Shown here one piece after another: positions 15,871-23,620 of a DNA stretch of 25,683 nt. The position numbers and the translations under genes were made by a program. Each line of letters starts with the position of its first letter. The first letter of the stretch is position 1. Origin of the DNA: an uncultured Candidatus Saccharibacteria bacterium (GTDB lineage Bacteria; Patescibacteriota; Minisyncoccia; Phycocordibacterales; WO2-35-19); assembly GCA_964467495.1 (NCBI GenBank), contig CAYXQM010000001.1, positions 1 through 25,683 of the forward strand, read 5' to 3'. The notes beneath the pieces were generated by a model, which had not been told where the DNA came from, did not search any database, and saw only the letters and a list, made by a program, of their open reading frames with translations.

Positions 15871-16995
15871 ATGTCAGAACCGCTGGCCAGCAAAATACGC
15901 CCTCAAAATCTGGACCAATTCGTTGGTCAGAAGCATTTGGTGGGTAAAAATAAGCCTATTAGGGTGGCTATTGAAAAGAAGCACCTTTTTTCTTTTGTCC
16001 TGTGGGGACCGCCTGGATGTGGTAAAACTACTTTGGCTCGTATCTATTCTAAAAGTCTTGATGCTGAAATGTTTGGGCTTTCGGCTGTTTCGGCAGGCAA
16101 AGAAGATATTCGGAAAATCTTAAAACAAAAGGTTACCAGACCCAAAATTTTATTTTTAGACGAAATTCACCGATTTAATAAGGCTCAACAGGATTTTCTT
16201 CTGCCTTATGTTGAAAGCGGAGAGATGACTTTAATAGGGGCTACTACCGAAAATCCTAGTTTCGAAATTATCTCACCACTTCTTTCCCGAGCCAGAGTTT
16301 TTGTGCTGGAGTCTTTGAATGAAGAGGAAATGAGTAACATTATTGCTCGGGCGGAGGTCAAAATAAAAAAAGATGCCGAAGAGTGGCTTATTAATATGGC
16401 AGACGGAGATGCTCGGCAGGCTATTGCCGTTATTGAAGCCTCAATGAATTTATACGGTGATTGTTCCTTGGAACATTTGAAAGAAGCTTTGCAGTCAAAA
16501 TTTTTACGCTACGACAAGAAAGGAGAAGAACATTACAATATTATCAGTGCCTTTATAAAAAGTATGCGCGCCAGCCAGCCCGATGCCGCTCTCTACTATA
16601 TGTGCCGAATGATTGATGTCGGAGAAGACCCCAAGTTTATTGCTCGGCGAATGGTGGTTTTTGCCAGTGAAGACATAGGATTGGCCCAACCGACAGCTCT
16701 GGTGGTGGCCAACGCCGTTTTTCGAGCGGTAGAAACTATTGGTTTGCCAGAGTGCACTGAAAATCTGGCTCATGGAGTGATTTATTTATCCCAAGCCAAA
16801 AAAGATCGCTCGGCCTACGACGCTTACTTAAAAGCTATGGCTGACGTAAAAAGTTATGGCGCTCTGCCGGTGCCTCTCAAAATCCGCAATCCGGTGACCA
16901 AATTGATGAAGGATTTGGATTATGGTAAAGATTATGAAAAATACACCAAAGACGACCTTCTGCCTGAAAAATTAAGCGGCAAAAAATATTTATGA
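15871..16995 (+). CDS. rarA: Replication-associated recombination protein A (RarA/MgsA AAA+ ATPase); alternative GTG start at 15865
   Basis: PLASKIRP, WGPPGCGKTT, LDEIHRFNKAQQD, GATTENP, HYNIISAFIKSMR, ASEDIGLA. Confidence 0.95.
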   Translation: MSEPLASKIRPQNLDQFVGQKHLVGKNKPIRVAIEKKHLFSFVLWGPPGCGKTTLARIYSKSLDAEMFGLSAVSAGKEDIRKILKQKVTRPKILFLDEIHRFNKAQQDFLLPYVESGEMTLIGATTENPSFEIISPLLSRARVFVLESLNEEEMSNIIARAEVKIKKDAEEWLINMADGDARQAIAVIEASMNLYGDCSLEHLKEALQSKFLRYDKKGEEHYNIISAFIKSMRASQPDAALYYMCRMIDVGEDPKFIARRMVVFASEDIGLAQPTALVVANAVFRAVETIGLPECTENLAHGVIYLSQAKKDRSAYDAYLKAMADVKSYGALPVPLKIRNPVTKLMKDLDYGKDYEKYTKDDLLPEKLSGKKYL

Positions 16996-17008
16996 TAAAA
17001 TTAAAAAT

Positions 17009-17317
17009 ATGAAAAATACAAAGTTAATATTTTGGGCGGTGGTGAATTCGTTGGGGATTGTGGTTTACGCCTCTTTGGTCGCTTTTGTTATGTTTAACGG
17101 AGAAAAGTTTTTTGGAAAAGCTGACGATTTTACCGGACCCCTGATGATTCTACTTCTTTTTGTGGTTTCTGCGGTCATTACTGGCTCTCTGTTTTTGGGA
17201 CGTCCAATTTACTTATATTTTGAGGGCTTAAAAAAGGAAGCCATCAAACTTTTCTTTTACACCCTCTTCTCTCTCCTCCTCATCACCCTCATAATTTTCG
17301 CTGCTAAAATCTTATAG
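17009..17317 (+). CDS. Hypothetical 3-TM membrane protein
   Basis: Three hydrophobic segments; LFLGRPIYLY. Confidence 0.7.
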   Translation: MKNTKLIFWAVVNSLGIVVYASLVAFVMFNGEKFFGKADDFTGPLMILLLFVVSAVITGSLFLGRPIYLYFEGLKKEAIKLFFYTLFSLLLITLIIFAAKIL

Positions 17318-17336
17318 AATAGACTCTATAAGGAGT

Positions 17337-17365
17337 TTGACTTTATCTGTTGATTCATATAGTAT
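17337..17365 (+). promoter_or_regulatory. Sigma70-type promoter for the rpsS-rplE block
   Basis: TTGACT (17337-17342), 17 nt, TAGTAT (17360-17365); leader hairpin tccgcc-caa-ggcgga at 17373-17387. Confidence 0.6.
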
Positions 17366-17404
17366 ATTTGAGTCCGCCCAAGGCGGATTAAATTTACCTA
17401 TTTT

Positions 17405-17746
17405 ATGTCAAGGTCGCTTAAAAAGGGTCCTTATGTGGATCCGCGTGTACTCAAAAAGATAGAAGGCAAAAAGCCGGACGATATTGGAATTGTCAAAACT
17501 TGGTCACGAGCTTGTGTCATTGCTCCTGAGATGGTGGGTTTTACGTTTGGAGTCCACAACGGTCGGGACCATATTGAAGTCTTTGTGACTGAGGATATGG
17601 TTGGTCATCGCTTGGGAGAATTTTCTTTAACTCGCAAGTTTGTAAAACATGGTGGTAAAATGCAGAAAGATTTGGAAGCTAAGAAAAAAGAAGATGAAAT
17701 CAATGCCGCTAAATCCGCCAAAGCTTCTGTAGAAGCCAAAACATAA
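17405..17746 (+). CDS. rpsS: 30S ribosomal protein S19 with C-terminal extension
   Basis: [33 protein letters not shown]. Confidence 0.97.
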   Translation: MSRSLKKGPYVDPRVLKKIEGKKPDDIGIVKTWSRACVIAPEMVGFTFGVHNGRDHIEVFVTEDMVGHRLGEFSLTRKFVKHGGKMQKDLEAKKKEDEINAAKSAKASVEAKT

Positions 17747-17748
17747 TT

Positions 17749-18108
17749 ATGAAAGAGATAACAGCCCAACTGAATAGTTACAGACAATCACCGAGAAAAG
17801 TGCGGGTGGTGGCCGATGCTATTAGGGGTAAAAATATTGCTGAAGCCAAGAAAAAACTCAATTTTATTATTAAACGAGCAGTTTCACCTCTACATAAACT
17901 TTTGAATTCCGCCATAGCTAATGCCAAAGATTTGGGTGTCGAGACCGAAAATCTGAAAGTCAAATCTATCACTGTTGATGGTGGTAAAATTTTATACAGA
18001 CGTAGACCGGTTTGGCATGGAATGGCTCATCCTATCCGAAAGCGCACTTCGCATATTACCATTGTTCTTTCAGAAACTAAAAACTCTAATCTAAAATCTA
18101 AAGATTAA
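17749..18108 (+). CDS. rplV: 50S ribosomal protein L22
   Basis: RQSPRKVRVVAD, LLNSAIANA, KRTSHITIVL. Confidence 0.96.
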   Translation: MKEITAQLNSYRQSPRKVRVVADAIRGKNIAEAKKKLNFIIKRAVSPLHKLLNSAIANAKDLGVETENLKVKSITVDGGKILYRRRPVWHGMAHPIRKRTSHITIVLSETKNSNLKSKD

Positions 18109-18112
18109 CAAA

Positions 18113-18772
18113 ATGACTCACATAGTACATCCATATGCGCATAGATTAGGTATTATTCGGGACTGGAAGTCGCGCTGGTTTGGCGTGAAGTCAACATACA
18201 AAGAAAATTTGAAAGGCGATGTTTTGATTTATGAATATTTGAAGAAACGCTTAAAGGGAGCTTTTGTAAATTCTATAGAGATGGAAAGAAGCGTTAAAGT
18301 TTTCAGAATTATTATAGAATCATCCCGACCGGGAGTGATTATCGGCAGAAGCGGCGAAGGTATGACTAAACTTAGGGACGATATCGTCAATTTTATGAAG
18401 CGTCGGAAAGTCAGCCTCAAGGAAGAGTTGAAAATAGACATCAAGGAAGTGAAATCACCGGAATCTTCAGCTATGATAGCGGCCCAAATGGTTGCTGAGG
18501 GTCTAGAAAAGAGAATGCCGTTTCGAAGGGTGGTTAAGCAAATGGTTGAAAAAGCTTACGCTAACCGCGATGTCCAAGGTGTCAAAATAACTTTGTCTGG
18601 CATTATGGGTGGTTCCAATATGGCCAGAGTGGAAACAAAAAAAGTGGGCCGCATTCCTTTGCAAACACTACGAGCCGATGTTGACTATGCTTTTTATGAA
18701 GCCACTGTTCCTCTTGGTAAGATAGGCATAAAAGTTTGGATTTATAAAGGGGAAATTTTTGCTAAAAAATAA
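18113..18772 (+). CDS. rpsC: 30S ribosomal protein S3
   Basis: HPYAHRLG, WKSRWF, RPGVIIGR, GRIPLQTLRADVDY, GIKVWIYKGE. Confidence 0.97.
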   Translation: MTHIVHPYAHRLGIIRDWKSRWFGVKSTYKENLKGDVLIYEYLKKRLKGAFVNSIEMERSVKVFRIIIESSRPGVIIGRSGEGMTKLRDDIVNFMKRRKVSLKEELKIDIKEVKSPESSAMIAAQMVAEGLEKRMPFRRVVKQMVEKAYANRDVQGVKITLSGIMGGSNMARVETKKVGRIPLQTLRADVDYAFYEATVPLGKIGIKVWIYKGEIFAKK

Positions 18773-18781
18773 TTTATTATC

Positions 18782-19201
18782 ATGCTTTTCCCTAAAAAAG
18801 TTAAATACAGAAAATGGCAGACTATGCGTAAAAATCCCAAAAAAATGGGACCAGCCACTCGTGGGATAGCGGTTTCTTTTGGTTCCCATGGACTTAGGGC
18901 TATGGCTCCAAACCGAATTACTTCCAACCAGATTGAATCAGCCAGAAAAGCTATCACTAAACATGTTGGTAAAACCGGCAGAGTTTGGATACGCGTTTTC
19001 CCTGACAGACCTTTCACTAAAAAACCGGCAGAAGTTAAGATGGGCAAAGGAAAGGGGGATATAGAAGGATACTGCGCTAAAGTTTCGGCTGGGCAAATTA
19101 TGTTTGAGGTGGATGGGGTGACAGATATAGTGGCCGTGGAATCTTTACGTAAAGGAGGTACCAAAATGCCGATGAAGACCAAAATAATAGCTAGAGAATA
19201 A
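18782..19201 (+). CDS. rplP: 50S ribosomal protein L16
   Basis: MLFPKKVKYRK, QIESAR, WIRVFPD, MGKGKG. Confidence 0.97.
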   Translation: MLFPKKVKYRKWQTMRKNPKKMGPATRGIAVSFGSHGLRAMAPNRITSNQIESARKAITKHVGKTGRVWIRVFPDRPFTKKPAEVKMGKGKGDIEGYCAKVSAGQIMFEVDGVTDIVAVESLRKGGTKMPMKTKIIARE

Positions 19202-19214
19202 AAAATAAGAAACA

Positions 19215-19394
19215 ATGAAAGATTCAGTTAAAAAAAGTAAAACCGACTTAATAAAAGAACTTAATGAAAAAAGTTTGGCTTTGCGCGACATTCGATTTGG
19301 AGTGGCGGGTGGTAAAAGTAAAAATGTTAAAGAATATAGCAATATAAAAAAAGAAATAGCCAGAATTAAAACAGCATTAAGTATTAAGGAATAA
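19215..19394 (+). CDS. rpmC: 50S ribosomal protein L29 (59 aa, missed by the track)
   Basis: Hand translation ...[33 protein letters not shown]; lies between rplP and rpsQ. Confidence 0.9.
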   Translation: MKDSVKKSKTDLIKELNEKSLALRDIRFGVAGGKSKNVKEYSNIKKEIARIKTALSIKE

Positions 19395-19399
19395 GTATT

Positions 19400-19663
19400 A
19401 TGGATGAAAAAAAGGAACAAAAAAATACGGAATCAGCAAAAACAAAAAGAGCTTTGAAAGGGGTAGTAGTATCAGACAAAATGAAAGATACAGCAGTAGT
19501 TTCAGTTACCAGATTTGTTAAACACCCGAAATATAAAAAATATCACAAGATAAGCAAAAGATACAAGGCTCATGATGTCGGCAATACTAAAAAAGTAGGA
19601 GACAAAGTTGAAATAGTGAGTTGTCGCCCGATTTCGAAAGATAAACATTTCAAAATTTTATGA
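19400..19663 (+). CDS. rpsQ: 30S ribosomal protein S17
   Basis: [29 protein letters not shown]. Confidence 0.96.
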   Translation: MDEKKEQKNTESAKTKRALKGVVVSDKMKDTAVVSVTRFVKHPKYKKYHKISKRYKAHDVGNTKKVGDKVEIVSCRPISKDKHFKIL

Positions 19664-20037
19664 TTCAAGTTCAAACACTGGTAAAAATAGCCGATAACTC
19701 AGGCGCTAAAATAGGGCGAGTTTTCAAGATTCCCGGTAGTTCCAAAAAGCGATATGCTAAAATCGGAGAGCTGGTAATTTTTTCAGTTCAAAAAGCCGAA
19801 CCTAGAAAGGAAATTAAAAAGAAAGCCATTTTAACCGGTTTAGTGGTTCGCCAAAAAGCACCTTTGCGCAGAAAGGACGGTTCTTACATTCGTTTTGATG
19901 AAAATGCGGTTATTGTAATAGACAAGAAAAAAGGAGAAATTACACCAAGAGCAGGACGCATTTTCGGGCCAATACCAAGAGAAATCGCTGAGGCTGGACA
20001 TCAGGCAATTGTTTCTTTGGCACCGGAGATAATCTAA
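19660..20037 (+). CDS. rplN: 50S ribosomal protein L14
   Basis: [36 protein letters not shown]. Confidence 0.96.
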   Translation: MIQVQTLVKIADNSGAKIGRVFKIPGSSKKRYAKIGELVIFSVQKAEPRKEIKKKAILTGLVVRQKAPLRRKDGSYIRFDENAVIVIDKKKGEITPRAGRIFGPIPREIAEAGHQAIVSLAPEII

Positions 20038-20042
20038 ACATC

Positions 20043-20270
20043 ATGAAAATTAAAAAAGGAGACAAAGTAATAATCATTACCGGAAAAGATAAAGGCAAAT
20101 CAGGGCCGGTAATCAAAGCTTTCCCAAAAAATGAGATGGTGTTGGTGGAAAAAGTTAATATAAAAAAATTACATAAAAAACCCAGAAAACAAGGAGAAAA
20201 AGGCAAGATAATAGAGCAAGCTACCCCGGTGCATGTATCTAATGTTAAAAAAATACAGAACACAAAATAA
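20043..20270 (+). CDS. rplX: 50S ribosomal protein L24 (short, 75 aa)
   Basis: KIKKGDKVIIITGKDKGK, VEKVN, PVHVSNV. Confidence 0.93.
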   Translation: MKIKKGDKVIIITGKDKGKSGPVIKAFPKNEMVLVEKVNIKKLHKKPRKQGEKGKIIEQATPVHVSNVKKIQNTK

Positions 20271-20275
20271 AAAAT

Positions 20276-20812
20276 ATGAAAAGTTTCAGACAAAAAACAA
20301 AAGAAGTTTTTAAAGAACTCAAAGAAAAATTGGGGCTTAAAAATATTATGCAGTCTCCCAAAATTGAAAAAGTAGTCATTAATTCCGGTGTTGGTAAATT
20401 TAATGATAAAAAGAAAATAGATTTGGTTGTAGACAGATTGTCTAAAATCACAGGACAGAAACCCATAACCAGAGGAGCTAAAAAATCGGTGGCTTCATTT
20501 AAATTAAGAGAAGGGGATATTGTTGGGGTGCAAGTCACTTTGCGCGGTGAAAAAATGTGGAGTTTCTTGGATAGACTTTTTAATATTGCTTTACCACGTA
20601 CCAAAGACTTTCGCGGACTTTCTCTCGGGGCTGTAGATGAGATGGGGAATTATACTATGGCTGTCAGAGAGCACACGGTATTTTCAGAAACTTCTGACGA
20701 AGATATAAAAGACATCTTCGGCTTTTCGGCTACCATTGTCACTTCTCTCAAATCAAAATCAGACGCTTTAGAATTCTTCAAAGCTTTAGATTTTCCGTTT
20801 AAGAAAAAATAA
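20276..20812 (+). CDS. rplE: 50S ribosomal protein L5
   Basis: PKIEKVVINSGVG, ITGQKP, AKKSVASFKLREG, TLRG, IALPRTKDFRG. Confidence 0.97.
   Translation: MKSFRQKTKEVFKELKEKLGLKNIMQSPKIEKVVINSGVGKFNDKKKIDLVVDRLSKITGQKPITRGAKKSVASFKLREGDIVGVQVTLRGEKMWSFLDRLFNIALPRTKDFRGLSLGAVDEMGNYTMAVREHTVFSETSDEDIKDIFGFSATIVTSLKSKSDALEFFKALDFPFKKK
20774..20812 (+). repeat. 39-bp repeat, copy 1 = last 13 codons of rplE
   Basis: FFKALDFPFKKK-TAA; 33/39 identical to 21301-21339. Confidence 0.9.
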
Positions 20813-20833
20813 TTTTTGTGATATAATGCTTTT

Positions 20834-21070
20834 ATGATTCAAAATTATATTGAAAACTATTTAAAAAAAGCCAGATACGAAATAATAGACGGCGGCAGGA
20901 AATTTTACGCGGAAGTAAAAGAATTGCGTGGCGTTTGGGCTACCGGTAAAACTCTTGAAGAATGCCGATATAATCTTGCTAACACCATTGAAGGTTGGTT
21001 GATTTTGAGATTGAAAAAAAATCTTTCTATTCCGAATTTCAGAGTGCCTAGTGCCCGTCTGAAAGTTTAA
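20834..21070 (+). CDS. hicB: HicB-like antitoxin (no C-terminal DNA-binding domain)
   Basis: FYAEVKELRGVWATGKTLEECR...IEGWL. Confidence 0.85.
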   Translation: MIQNYIENYLKKARYEIIDGGRKFYAEVKELRGVWATGKTLEECRYNLANTIEGWLILRLKKNLSIPNFRVPSARLKV

Positions 21071-21078
21071 TTTTTTAT

Positions 21079-21300
21079 ATGTCTAAGTTAGGTCCGATAT
21101 CGTGGATCAAATTTGTAAGGAGAATGAGAGTTCTCGGTTTTAACGGACCTTACCAAGAAGGCAAACATCCTTATGTGATTAAAGGTAACATTTCTATTAC
21201 TATTCCAAATCCTCATGATGGAGAAATCAGCGTAGATTTACTCTCCCGCATCCTTCGCCAAGCTGGTGTTTCTAGAAACGTCTGGATGAGATTTAAATAA
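21079..21300 (+). CDS. hicA: HicA family mRNA interferase toxin
   Basis: LGF...EGKH (catalytic His), TIPNPH, LLSRILRQAG. Confidence 0.88.
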   Translation: MSKLGPISWIKFVRRMRVLGFNGPYQEGKHPYVIKGNISITIPNPHDGEISVDLLSRILRQAGVSRNVWMRFK

Positions 21301-21339
21301 TTTTTCAAAGCTTTGGGTTTTCCGTTTAAGAAGAAGTAG
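21301..21339 (+). repeat. 39-bp repeat, copy 2 = displaced rplE 3' end
   Basis: FFKALGFPFKKK-TAG; abuts the hicA stop. Confidence 0.9.
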
Positions 21340-21346
21340 TTCACTA

Positions 21347-22012
21347 CTAATGTGCGATAAAAAGGCCGACGACACGGCGGGCTCCAACAGAAAAGAGAAC
21401 TCGGCGAGCTTCGGAGAAAGAAGCCAAAGTGGTGTAAACATCATCCAAAACTATTATGGTGCGGTGGCCGACCCCAGAAGAGTCGGCCATCATGCTATTC
21501 TTTACATTCAAAAGTCGCTGGTCTCGTCCGAGCTCTGTTTGTCTCTTGGTCTCTCTGATCTTGCGGAGCGCCGTGTAAGAAATATCAAGATTACCCCCGG
21601 CCATTTTTTCAACCTCTTTTAAAAGTTCCTCGCATTGGTTAAAGCCCTTTTTTTGCTTTTCTTTTTTACTCATTGGCATAGGTACCAGAAGTGGCGGAGC
21701 GCCGTCAAATAAAGAAATATCAGAGGACATTTCCATTATTTCGTCATACAAATATTCGGCAATTCTTTTTCGCAAACCGGCATTGTTTTTGTATTTTATA
21801 GACCTGACTACGAGCTTTACTATTCTATTATCGTAATCAAACAAAACAAAAAGGTCTTTGACTCTGGTCTTGGATGAAGGCAGAAGGTTTCTCATTGTGG
21901 CGGCATCAAGCTCCAAAAGCCTTTGAATTTTGCGGTCTTCGGGTGCCAGCAGGTCTAGTGCTCTCCCCAGGGCATTTTTTACCCAACTTGCGGCTGACTT
22001 TAAAATAAACAT
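21347..22012 (-). CDS. comF: ComF/GntX-family phosphoribosyltransferase-fold competence protein
   Basis: SIKY, LVPMP, KGFNQ, KRQTEL, IIVLDDVYTT, GARRV. Confidence 0.82.
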   Translation of the reverse strand: MFILKSAASWVKNALGRALDLLAPEDRKIQRLLELDAATMRNLLPSSKTRVKDLFVLFDYDNRIVKLVVRSIKYKNNAGLRKRIAEYLYDEIMEMSSDISLFDGAPPLLVPMPMSKKEKQKKGFNQCEELLKEVEKMAGGNLDISYTALRKIRETKRQTELGRDQRLLNVKNSMMADSSGVGHRTIIVLDDVYTTLASFSEARRVLFSVGARRVVGLFIAH

Positions 22013-22056
22013 TGTGTTATAATTATCACTTAATTAAACAGAATTTCATAATTTTT

Positions 22057-23166
22057 ATGAGCTTTTTCTCGGATATTTTAAAAAAGAAGAACATTAGTGC
22101 TTTGGGCATTGATATCGGCTCTTCTTCCATAAAAGTAGTTCAGCTTCGAAAGAAAGGGGATAAAGCCATACTGGAAACTTATGGCGAATTATCATTGGGC
22201 CCATACGGCGGAGTTTCAGTGGGAGAATCTACAAATTTGCCAACTGAAAAAATTGCTCAAGCCATGAATGATCTCCTTTCTGAAAAAGAAGTTGCCGTAA
22301 CCACCAAAGTTTGCGGCATAGCCATTCCTTTTAGGGCTTCCTTGATGTCGGTTATAGAGATGCCAGCTAACATAAAAGAAAAAGAGTTGGCGACTATGAT
22401 ACCCATAGAAGCTCGAAAATATATACCAGTACCAATTTCCGATGTTACCATTGATTGGTCAATAATACCTAAACTAGAATCTGAAGACGAAGCTTCTAGG
22501 ACTGCTAATGTAAATAAGCCAGAAACAAGAGAAATTCTTTTGGTGGCTATTCATAATCGCATCATTGACCAATATAAAGAGATTGTCACTAAGTCCGGTC
22601 TGGATGCTAAATTTTTTGAAATAGAAGTTTTTAGTTCTATGCGAGCAGTCTTGGAAGGAATTAAAGGTGCTGTTATGATTTTTGATATGGGGGCTTCAAC
22701 TACTAAACTTTATATTGTGGAAAGAGGACTGATTCATTATTCGCATACTATCAACAGAGGGTCTCAGGATATTACTGCCAACATTGCCCGAATTATAAAT
22801 GTTTCTACAGAAGAAGCCGAAGTTCTCAAAAGGTCTGTGGGTATGGGTAAAACCTTGGATGGAGCAGATTTGTCGGAAGCGGTTTCTGTGGTGGCAGACC
22901 AAATATTTTCGGAGGCCAATAGATTTTTGCTAGATTTTCAAAAGAAAGAGAACCGAAATGTTAAATCAATCTTTCTAACCGGTGGTGGCTCGGCCCTCAA
23001 GGGATTTAGAGAACTGGCAGCTCAGAATTTTAAAATAGAAGTAGTAGCCGGCGATCCTTTTGAAAAAGTAGAAACTCCAGCTTTTCTAGAAGAAATCCTT
23101 AAGGTCACTGGTCCTGAATTTACTGTTTCCGTCGGCGCTGCTTTGAGGTGTTTGGGGGAACTCTGA
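22057..23166 (+). CDS. pilM: Type IV pilus assembly protein PilM (start probably ATG 22057)
   Basis: LGIDIGSSSIKVVQL, EARKYIPVP, FDMGASTT, LTGGGSALKG. Confidence 0.93.
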   Translation: MSFFSDILKKKNISALGIDIGSSSIKVVQLRKKGDKAILETYGELSLGPYGGVSVGESTNLPTEKIAQAMNDLLSEKEVAVTTKVCGIAIPFRASLMSVIEMPANIKEKELATMIPIEARKYIPVPISDVTIDWSIIPKLESEDEASRTANVNKPETREILLVAIHNRIIDQYKEIVTKSGLDAKFFEIEVFSSMRAVLEGIKGAVMIFDMGASTTKLYIVERGLIHYSHTINRGSQDITANIARIINVSTEEAEVLKRSVGMGKTLDGADLSEAVSVVADQIFSEANRFLLDFQKKENRNVKSIFLTGGGSALKGFRELAAQNFKIEVVAGDPFEKVETPAFLEEILKVTGPEFTVSVGAALRCLGEL

Positions 23167-23199
23167 CCCCACCCCTAACCCCTCCCCAAAGGAGAGGGG
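23166..23199 (+). repeat. REP-like half element of the same family as the folD insertion
   Basis: accccacccctaacccctccccaaaggagagggg; starts on the last base of the pilM stop. Confidence 0.85.
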
Positions 23200-23231
23200 A
23201 ACGGCTCAACGAACAATCCCGTTGAGCCGTT
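23200..23231. terminator. Perfect 12-bp stem-loop downstream of pilM
   Basis: aacggctcaacg-(8 nt)-cgttgagccgtt; only a short T run follows. Confidence 0.5.
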
Positions 23232-23275
23232 TAAAACCCTTTATTTAAAGCCATATTTTGACAAGTTGTTTTCTC

Positions 23276-23305
23276 TTGACTTTTTGTATTATTATGTGCT
23301 ATACT
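23276..23305 (+). promoter_or_regulatory. Sigma70-type promoter inside the pilM-pilN interval
   Basis: TTGACT, 18 nt, TGc-TATACT. Confidence 0.5.
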
Positions 23306-23345
23306 TAGCATTAGATTCAGCTTGTATTTTGGGGCTGAAAATTGA

Positions 23346-23522
23346 CAAAGGAAAAGGAGAATGGTTCGTAAAATCCGTGATCTAAAAAATAAGATGAATC
23401 AAGGGTTGATTTCAGATGAATATTTTAACAAATCTATTAATTCGTACATGGGAATATTAATGCACTGTAAGGGGCATAAAATTTATGATCAAATCTCGAA
23501 AATGGTCAGAGCCCCCTCTTAA
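23346..23522 (+). pseudogene. Probable C-terminal (thumb) remnant of a group II-like/DGR-type reverse transcriptase
   Basis: Hand translation QRKRRMVRKIRDLKNKMNQGLISDEYFNKSINSYMGILMHCKGHKIYDQI resembles the K-R-M...S-Y-x-G-x-x-x-H pattern; no YxDD region present. Confidence 0.5.
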
Positions 23523-23546
23523 AATAAGAGGGGGCAGGGGGTGTGA
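23511..23546 (-). repeat. REP-like half element in opposite orientation
   Basis: gccccctctt-aaaat-aagagggggc (perfect 10-bp stem) followed by agggggtgtga; same C-run / hairpin architecture. Confidence 0.65.
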
Positions 23547-23620
23547 TATTTAGAAGAACAAAGTAATCAACATAAAAGATTTACACTTGCTTATTTTTTT
23601 AGAGTATAATTAATGATGAT

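Noticed and set aside
20777-21339. All five mismatches in the core of the rplE-tail repeat are A to G, resembling a DGR TR/VR pair
   Set aside because: Four of the five are synonymous third-position transitions, which indicates protein-level selection rather than random adenine mutagenesis; the repeat is also too short.
23200-23231. Hairpin after pilM as a DGR homing stem-loop with pilM as target
   Set aside because: The PilM C-terminus is ordinary conserved sequence, and no template repeat is present in the window.
23358-23368. agaatggttcg shared with the arsR-flanking repeats (and aatggttc in the IS end)
   Set aside because: Only 11 nt (8 nt for the IS), and the similarity does not extend; treated as chance.
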